A stretch of 64,000 nucleotides of DNA from Spirochaetia bacterium (GTDB lineage Bacteria; Spirochaetota; Spirochaetia; SZUA-6; Bin103). Below, piece by piece: positions 55,989 through 64,000 of this stretch. The DNA lies in assembly GCA_965203055.1 (NCBI GenBank), contig OZ241863.1:1-64000 (forward strand), read 5' to 3'. Within the stretch, counting starts at the first letter, position 1; each line of letters starts with the position of its first letter. Position numbers and translations under genes: made by a program. The notes below the pieces were generated by a model. The model saw nothing but the letters and a program-made list of their open reading frames with translations. It was not told the DNA's origin and did not search any database.

Positions 55989-56969
55989 GTGAGCCTGGCG
56001 CTGTTGCGGCTGATCAGCCGCCGGCTGCTCAACGCGGTGCCGATCCTGCTGGTGACGCTGGCGGTCGCCTTCTGGCTGATCCAGCTCGCGCCGGGGGACG
56101 TCTACACCCAGTACGCGCTCAATCCCGACATCCGCCCGCAGGACCTGGAGCGGTTTCGCGCCAACTTCGGCCTCGATCAGCCGTGGTACGTTCAGTTCGG
56201 GCGCTACCTGTGGAACGCCGCCCGCGGCGACTTCGGCTTCTCGCAGACCTTCAAGGCGCCGGTGTTCGTGCTGGTGAGCCAGCGCGCCGCCAACACGCTG
56301 CTGCTGGCGGTGGTGGCGCTGGCGCTGGCCTGGGGGTTCTCGGTGCCGGCCGGGATCATCGCCGCGGCGCGCCAATACCGGTGGCCGGACCAGGCGATCG
56401 CGGTACTGGCGTTCGTCGGGCTGTCGATTCCCAATTTCTTCCTGGCGTCGCTGCTGCTGTTCCTGATCTCCGCCACCGGAAGCTGGCTGCCGATCGGCGG
56501 CATGACCTCGATCGACCACGCCGAGCTCAGCGTCCTGGGCAGGACCTGGGATCTGGCGCGCCACCTGGCGGTGCCGGCGCTGGTGATCTCCACCGCCATC
56601 ACCGCGTCGCTGACCCGCATCATGCGCGCCAACATGCTGGAGGTGCTGGGCCAGCAGTACACCACCACCGCGCGCGCCAAGGGGCTGTCGGAACGGGTGG
56701 TGCTGCTCAAGCACGCGCTGCGCAACGCAGTGAACCCGATGATCACCATCCTGGGTTTCAACATCGGTGAGATCCTGGGCGGCGCCGCGCTGGTGGAAAT
56801 CGTTACCAGTTGGCCGGGGCTGGGCAAGCTGATTCTGACCGCGCTGCTCAATCAGGACCCCTATCTGATGGCCGGCAGCCTGGTCTACGGAGTGGGGCTG
56901 CTGGTGATCGGCAATCTGCTGGCCGACCTGCTGTTGGCGGTCACCGACCCGAGGATCCGGGTGACGTGA
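55989..56969 (+). CDS. Peptide ABC permease (OppB/DppB-like)
   Basis: LAPGD, FGLDQP, GDFGFS, YTTTARAKGL, HALRNA, WPGLG, DPRIR. Confidence 0.92.
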   Translation: MSLALLRLISRRLLNAVPILLVTLAVAFWLIQLAPGDVYTQYALNPDIRPQDLERFRANFGLDQPWYVQFGRYLWNAARGDFGFSQTFKAPVFVLVSQRAANTLLLAVVALALAWGFSVPAGIIAAARQYRWPDQAIAVLAFVGLSIPNFFLASLLLFLISATGSWLPIGGMTSIDHAELSVLGRTWDLARHLAVPALVISTAITASLTRIMRANMLEVLGQQYTTTARAKGLSERVVLLKHALRNAVNPMITILGFNIGEILGGAALVEIVTSWPGLGKLILTALLNQDPYLMAGSLVYGVGLLVIGNLLADLLLAVTDPRIRVT

Positions 56970-58368
56970 GCGGCCCGCTTTCCACCGCCACGGGCGGCGC
57001 GGGCGGCGCCGGCGGCGCGCCGCCGGGGCGCACCGAGTCGCTGCTGCAAGTCTATTGGCGGCGGTTCAAGCGCCATCGGCTGGGCCGGATCGGCGGCCTG
57101 GTGCTGCTGGCGCTGTACGGGCTGGCGCTGTTCGCCGATCCGCTGGCGCCGGCGACCATGCGCTGGACCGACAAGACCAAGTCCTACCAGCCGCCGACGC
57201 GGCTGCGCTTCAGCTACCTGGACGGCGGCCGCCTGACGGTGCGGCCGTTCGTGTACGAGATGCGCATCGTCGATCAGGCGTTGCGGCGCTACGGGCGGGT
57301 ACCGCGGCACACGCTGCGCGTCATCTCGCAGGAGTCGGCCGCCGGCCGCGCCGAGCTGCGCCTGGTGGCGCTGCAGGAAGATCCGGCGGCGCGGCAGCGC
57401 GCGGCGCTGGCCGCGGTGCGGCGCCATTACGGGCTGGCCGCGGGCGACCCGCGGCTGGGCGAGCTACAGGCGCTGCTGGAGGCGGTCGAGGGCGACCCGC
57501 AGCGCGACCTGCACCGGCGCGTGCGGCTGCGGCGGGAGGGCGCGGAACCGGACACCATGGAGTTGATCATCGCCAAGGGCAACAAGAACTTCGTGGGTTT
57601 CTTCGCGCGCGGGGTGCCGTACCGGTTCCTGGGACTGTTCACCGCGCGCGTCCGCCTGTTCGCCTCGCCCACCGGCGGCTTCTTTCCGCTGGGCAGCGAT
57701 CACGCGGGGCGCGATCTGGCATCGCGGCTGCTGCACGGCGCGCGCGTGTCGCTGACCGTCGGACTGGTCGGCGCCGCGATCACGCTGGTGCTGGGGCTGC
57801 TGATCGGCGGCGCCGCCGGCTACTTCGGCGGGGCCGTGGACAACCTGCTGATGCGGTTCACCGAGGTGCTGCTGTCGTTCCCGGCGTTCTACCTGCTGCT
57901 GGCGCTGCGCGGCACCTTCCCGGCGGACCTCGACAGCGTCCAGGTCTACTTCCTGATCATCCTGATCGTCTCGTTCGTGGTGTGGGGAAAGCTGGCGCGC
58001 ATCGTGCGCGGCATGGTGCTCTCGCTGCGCTCGGAGGAGTATGTCCTGGCGGCGCGCACCCTCGGCCTGGGACCGTTCAAGATCATCCGCCGCCACGTGC
58101 TGCCCAACACGCTGTCGTTCGTGATCGTCGACACCACGCTCACCATCCCGGGCTTCATCCTGGGCGAGTCCGCGCTCAGCTTCCTCGGCCTGGGCATCAC
58201 CGAGCCGCAGTCGAGTTGGGGGTTGATGCTCTCGGTGTCGCGCGGCTACCGGGTGTTTCAGGACTTCCCCTGGATCCTGGTGCCCGGCTGCTGCATCTTC
58301 CTGGCCATCATGGCCTGGAACTTCGTCGGCGACGGCGTCCGCGACGCGGTCGATCCCCGGAGCAGCCA

Positions 58369-58372
<4 letters not shown>
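56966..58372 (+). CDS. Peptide ABC permease (OppC/DppC-like) with enlarged N-terminal loop
   Basis: [55 protein letters not shown]. Start GTG 56966. Confidence 0.9.
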
Positions 58373-59456
<1,084 letters not shown>

Positions 59457-59460
<4 letters not shown>

Positions 59461-60779
59461 GCCGGCCCGCCCGGCGGCGCTCCCGCCGCCGCGCCCGAAA
59501 GCCGGACCGGCGGCCGGAACCGCACGCCCCGAGCGCCGCCGCCGGGCAGCGCGAGCGAGCAGCCGGCGCCGCCGGGGAGCAGCGCCAACCGCCCGGCCCG
59601 CGGCCGCCGGCGCGGCCGCTGCTGGAGGTGCGCGGGTTGCGCACCTGGTTCCCGGTCCGGTCGGGAGCGTTCAACGTGCGCCGCCAGATGGTGCGCGCCG
59701 TGGACGGCGTTTCGCTGCGCCTGCTGAGCGGCGAGACCCTCGGCCTGGTGGGGGAGTCGGGCTGCGGCAAGACCACTCTGGGGCGCTCCATCCTGCGCCT
59801 CTATCAGCCGCAGGCCGGGCGCGTGTACCTGGAGCCCGACCCGGAACTGGTACGGGCGGTAGCCGCCCTGGAGGCGCAGGCGGACCGGGCGCGGCAGCGC
59901 GCCGCGGACGCCGCCCGCGGCGGCGCGAACTGGCGCGAGCTGCGCCGGCTGCGCGCCGGCGAGCGGCGCCTGCGGGCCGAGGCGGAGCAGCGCGCCGCGG
60001 GCGCCGATCTTCTGGCCATGCCGCGGGCCGCCCTCAAGCAGGCGCGCCGGCGGCTGCAAATGGTGTTCCAGGATCCGTGGGCGGCCTTGAATCCGCGCCT
60101 GCCGGTGCACGACCTGATCGCCGAAGGGCCGCGCGAGTTCGGCACGCACCGCGGGCGCGAGCTGGCCGCCCACGTGCGCGAGCTGCTGAATCTGGTGGGC
60201 TTGCCGCGCTCCGCGGCGCAGCGCTACCCGCACGAGTTCTCCGGCGGCCAACGCCAGCGCATCGGCATTGCCCGGGCGCTCGCGCTGGCGCCGGCGGTGG
60301 TGATCGCGGATGAGCCGGTGGCGGCGCTGGACGTGTCGATACAGGCGCAGATTCTCAACCTGCTGCTGGAGCTGCAGGAGGAGCTTGGTCTGTCATTCCT
60401 GTTCATCGCCCACGATCTGGCGGTGGTGCGCTACATCGCTCACCGCGTGGCGGTGATGTACCTCGGCAAGATCGTGGAGCTTGGCGATGCCGAGGAAATT
60501 ACCGACCAGCCGCGCCATCCCTACACCATCTCGCTGCTGGCCTCGGTGCCGGTGGCGGACCCCGGCCAGCCGCTCGCCGGCGGCGCCCCGGGCGACGTTC
60601 CTTCGCCGGTCGATCCACCCTCCGGCTGCCCCTTTCACCCGCGCTGCCCCTACCGGGTCGCGGCCTGCAGCCGGAGCATGCCGGAGCTGGTGACGGACCG
60701 CGCCGGCCACGCGCTGGCGTGCCACAACCCGCCGCAGCAGCCGGCGCCGGCTACCGGGGTGGCCGGCGCCGGACCGTGA
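59457..60779 (+). CDS. Oligopeptide ABC ATP-binding protein (OppF-like) with helical insertion
   Basis: [50 protein letters not shown]. Confidence 0.9.
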
Positions 60780-62910
60780 ATTCGCCCGCCTCCGGCCCGG
60801 CCGGCTCCCGTTCCGCGGCGCGCGCCCGCCGCTGCAGCGCCTCCTGGGCGCGTACCGCGCGGCGCCCCTCCGGCTGCCGCGTGCGGTAGCGGCCGTCGGG
60901 CAGCAACTCGTAGGAGTGGCAGTTGTCGGCGAAGTACAGCTCCAGGATCCGCACCAGCCGGCGGCGCAGATCGGGCTGCTCCACCGGGAACATCAGCTCC
61001 ACCCGGCGGTCCAGGTTGCGCGGCATCCAGTCGGCGCTGGCCAGGTAGACCTGCTCGCCGCCGCCGTTGCGGAAGTAGATGATGCGGCTGTGCTCGAGGA
61101 AGCGGTCGACGATGCTGACCACGCGAATGTTCTCGCTGAGGCCGGCGACCCGGGGCCGCAGCAGGCACACGCCGCGGACGTTGAGCAACACCGTCACGCC
61201 GGCGCGGGAGGCGGCGTAGAGCGCGGCGATCACCTCCTCGTCGGAGAGGGAGTTCATCTTCGCCATGATCAGGCCGCGGCCGTCCGCCCGGGCGGCCTCG
61301 CGCTCGATGCCGGTGAGCAGGGCGCGCTTGAGGGCGGTCGGGGCCATCACCAGGCGCCGGAAGCGCGTTCCCGACGAGTACCCGGTAATGGTGTTGAAGA
61401 ACAACGTCGCCTCGTGGGCGAGCTCCTCCCGCGCGGTGAGCAGGCTGAGGTCGGTGTAGAGGCGCGCCGTGGTGTCATGGTAGTTGCCGGTGCCCAGATG
61501 GAGGTAGGTGCGCACGCCGCCGGCCTCGCGGCGCACGATGAGCAGCGCCTTGGCGTGCACCTTGAGGCGCGCGATGCCGTACACCACGATCGCGCCCGCG
61601 CGTTCCAGCCGCGTGGCCCAGTCGATGTTCTGCTGCTCGTCGAAGCGCGCCTTCAGCTCCACCAGCACGGTCACCTGCTTGCCGTTCGCCGCGGCGCGTT
61701 CCAGCGCCCGTACCACCGGCGAGTCGCCGGAGGTGCGGTAGAGGGTCATCTTGACCGCCAGCACCGCCGCGTCCTGGGCCGCGGCCTGCAACAGGCCGAG
61801 GACGTGGTCGAAGGTCTCGAAGGGATGGTGCAACAGCACGTCGCGGCGCCGCAGCACCTCCCAGGGGTCGGCGTCGGCCAGCGCCGGCGCCGGGCGCGGG
61901 CGCCACGGCGGGTAGCGCAGATCGGGACGCTCCAGGTCCGCCAAAGCCCGCAGGCCGGTCAGGTCGGGCGGCGACACCTGATACACGTCCTCCGCCGCCA
62001 CTCCCAGACGCTCGCTGAGCAGGGTGCGCATGGCCGCGGCGGGGGAATCGACCTCCAGCCGTACCACGGCGCTGGAGCGGCGCTCGACCAGCACCGCGGC
62101 CATCGCCTCGATGAAGTCTTCGTCGGTCGCTTCGTCCACCTCCAGGTCGGCGTCGCGGGTGATCCGAAACAGGGCGTGATCGCCGACCCGGCAGCCGGGG
62201 AACAACTGCCCGGCGTGCAGGACGATCGACTCTTCGAGCAGCAGAAAGCACTCCTCGCCCGGGTGCCCGGGAATGGGCCGCAGGCGGTCGAGGCCGCCGG
62301 GGACGGCGACCAGCGCCACCTGCGGCTCCGCCGCGCCGCCGGCGGCAGGCGCCTCGCGGCCGGCGGCCGCGTCCGCGGCGGTCGCGGCGGCCGGCAGCAG
62401 GCGGAACGCAAGATGCAGGCGCAGGCTCGCCAGCGCCGCCGCGGCGCCGCGCTCCATCCGGGTGGTGGCGAGCGCCGGAAAGATGCGGTAGCGGAAGTCG
62501 GCCGCGGCGGTGCGGCGCTGCTCCGCGGTCAGCGCCGCGGCGGGGACGATCCGCACGCCGGCCGCATGCAGTTGCGGAACCAGTTCCGCGTGCCACGTCC
62601 GGTACTGCAACTCGACCACCGCCTGCGCCGCGGCGGCCAGCCGCGCGAACCGCTGCCGGGCTCCGGGAGCGGCGCCCATGCTGCGCTTGAGCGCCGCCAC
62701 CCGCACCATGAAGAACTCGTCGAAGTTGGAACTGACGATGGTCAGGAAGCGCAACCGTTCGAGCAGCGGCACCGCCGGGCGCAGCGCCTGATCGAGCACG
62801 CGCCGGTTGAATTCCACCCAGCTCAGCTCGCGGTCCAGCAGAGTCGCGCCGGCGGCCACTGGCTCGGCTCCGCCCGGGCGCCCGCCGCCGGAGGTATCTC
62901 GTTGCGTCAT
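60751..62910 (-). CDS. ppk1: Polyphosphate kinase 1
   Basis: RELSWVEFNRRVL, SNFDEFFMVRVA, LLHHPFETF, TLYRTSGDSP, ELKARFDE, KVHAK, GTGNY, RFLEHSR, SADWMPRNLDRRVE. Start ATG 62910. Confidence 0.95.
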   Translation of the reverse strand: MTQRDTSGGGRPGGAEPVAAGATLLDRELSWVEFNRRVLDQALRPAVPLLERLRFLTIVSSNFDEFFMVRVAALKRSMGAAPGARQRFARLAAAAQAVVELQYRTWHAELVPQLHAAGVRIVPAAALTAEQRRTAAADFRYRIFPALATTRMERGAAAALASLRLHLAFRLLPAAATAADAAAGREAPAAGGAAEPQVALVAVPGGLDRLRPIPGHPGEECFLLLEESIVLHAGQLFPGCRVGDHALFRITRDADLEVDEATDEDFIEAMAAVLVERRSSAVVRLEVDSPAAAMRTLLSERLGVAAEDVYQVSPPDLTGLRALADLERPDLRYPPWRPRPAPALADADPWEVLRRRDVLLHHPFETFDHVLGLLQAAAQDAAVLAVKMTLYRTSGDSPVVRALERAAANGKQVTVLVELKARFDEQQNIDWATRLERAGAIVVYGIARLKVHAKALLIVRREAGGVRTYLHLGTGNYHDTTARLYTDLSLLTAREELAHEATLFFNTITGYSSGTRFRRLVMAPTALKRALLTGIEREAARADGRGLIMAKMNSLSDEEVIAALYAASRAGVTVLLNVRGVCLLRPRVAGLSENIRVVSIVDRFLEHSRIIYFRNGGGEQVYLASADWMPRNLDRRVELMFPVEQPDLRRRLVRILELYFADNCHSYELLPDGRYRTRQPEGRRAVRAQEALQRRARAAEREPAGPEAGEFTVRRRPPR

Positions 62911-62968
62911 ATGGTCCAGGATACCATTCCTTGACCCGCGCCGCGGCCGCGGATGTAATTGCCGGGAG
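62911..62968. promoter_or_regulatory. Compact divergent promoter ppk1/ROK
   Basis: Plus strand: TTGACC (62931-62936), 17 nt, TGTAAT (62954-62959). Minus strand: TGG-TATCCT ending 7 nt before the ppk1 ATG. Confidence 0.5.
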
Positions 62969-63946
62969 ATGAAGCGAGAGCTGTACGCCGGGCTGGACCT
63001 GGGCGGGACCAAGATCGCGGCCGCGGTACTGACCGGCGCCGGGCGCAACGTCGGCCAGGCGCGGCTCGACTCGCCGGCCGGGAGCGGCGGCGACACGGTG
63101 GCGGAAACCATGGTGCGCGCCGTGCAGGCGGCGCTGAAGCGCGCCGGGGCCGCGCCCGAGGCGCTGCGCGGGGTCGGCATCGGCGCGCCCGGCCCGCTCG
63201 ACTGGGAGGCGGGCGTGATCCGGTTCGCGCCCAACCTGGGCCTGCGCAACTATCCGCTGCGCGGCTACGTCGAGGAGCGCCTGGGGGTACCGGTAATGCT
63301 CGACAACGACGTCAACCTGGGCACCTACGGAGAATACCTGGCCGGCGCCGCGCGCGGGCAGCGCTACGTCCTGGGGGTGTTCTGCGGTACCGGGGTCGGC
63401 GGCGGGCTGGTGCTGGACGGGCAGGTGTTTCGCGGCGCCAACGGCACCGCCGGGGAGATTGGCCACGTCATCGTCCAACGCGGCGGCGCGCTGTGCGCCT
63501 GCGGCCAGCGCGGCTGCCTGGAGGCCTACGCCAGCCGCAGCGCCATGGCGCGCGATCTGGTGATGCTGGCCAACGTCGGGCAGGCGCCCACGGTGCGCGC
63601 CGCGGCCGGCTCCAGGTTGAAGGCCGTCAAGAGCGGGGTCATCGCCCGGGCGGTCGCCGCCGGCGAGCCGGCGGTCGCCGCGGTGGTGGACCAGGCCGCC
63701 CAGTATCTGGGCGTCGCGCTCGCCAACTGCGTCAACCTGTTCAGCCCCGGAATGGTGGTGCTGGGCGGCGGGCTGGTGGAAAAGCTGGGCGAACGTTGGG
63801 TGCGGCAGGTGGAGCGCTCGCTGCAGCGGCACGCGCTGGAGGCCGCGGTCCGAGGGGTACGCGTGACCGCGGCGCAACTCGGCGACGACGCGGCCATCCA
63901 CGGCGCCGTGGGCGCGTTGCGGGAGATGCTTGGGGAGCGCGGCTGA
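62969..63946 (+). CDS. ROK family sugar kinase (glucokinase-like)
   Basis: GLDLGGTK, GIGAPGP, DNDVN, GTGVGGG, GEIGH, CACGQRGCLEAYAS. Confidence 0.92.
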   Translation: MKRELYAGLDLGGTKIAAAVLTGAGRNVGQARLDSPAGSGGDTVAETMVRAVQAALKRAGAAPEALRGVGIGAPGPLDWEAGVIRFAPNLGLRNYPLRGYVEERLGVPVMLDNDVNLGTYGEYLAGAARGQRYVLGVFCGTGVGGGLVLDGQVFRGANGTAGEIGHVIVQRGGALCACGQRGCLEAYASRSAMARDLVMLANVGQAPTVRAAAGSRLKAVKSGVIARAVAAGEPAVAAVVDQAAQYLGVALANCVNLFSPGMVVLGGGLVEKLGERWVRQVERSLQRHALEAAVRGVRVTAAQLGDDAAIHGAVGALREMLGERG

Positions 63947-64000
63947 TGGCCGCGGCGGGGGAGCGCGGGCGGCTGACCGCGGTGCTGGACGTGGGTTCCA
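63946..64000 (+). CDS. Probable Ppx/GppA exopolyphosphatase N-terminus (runs off the right edge)
   Basis: TGATG coupling; MAAAGERGRLTAVLDVGS matches the ASKHA D.GS motif; ppk1 neighbourhood. Confidence 0.55.
   Translation, partial: MAAAGERGRLTAVLDVGS

Overview
A 64 kb window of a very GC-rich bacterial chromosome. It contains no rRNA, tRNA, CRISPR array, integrase or transposase that I can recognise. The housekeeping and metabolic backbone comprises menF (partial), menG/ubiE, a long Lhr helicase, a class III aminotransferase, two peptide-type ABC importers, a MacB/FtsX-type exporter, a VOC-SDR-E1(alpha/beta fusion)-LarA-like-AKR catabolic operon, M20 and M3 peptidases, ppk1, a ROK kinase and a partial ppx. 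Accessory DNA interrupts it in three places. (i) A low-GC two-gene islet at about 6.4-8.0 kb encodes an ABC-type ATPase and a small PD-(D/E)xK-like protein, a candidate anti-phage system. (ii) A surface lipoprotein with 12 GSGYT repeats has its signal peptide out of frame at a G10 tract (11605-11614), a candidate phase-variable adhesin. (iii) A ~17 kb defence island (about 37.2-54.1 kb) holds a papain-like protease, a type III R-M system split by a cassette between duplicated mod-res junctions, a Vsr/GHKL(MORC)-nuclease/Dcm system, Uma2, AAA-DUF4143, a PP2C-like phosphatase and two tandem ATPase-PD-(D/E)xK paralogues that differ mainly in one 42-aa block. Protein calls come from motifs read by eye and recalled family knowledge; no database searches were run. 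GC statements are visual impressions, not computed values. Many start codons were re-assigned relative to the ORF track.
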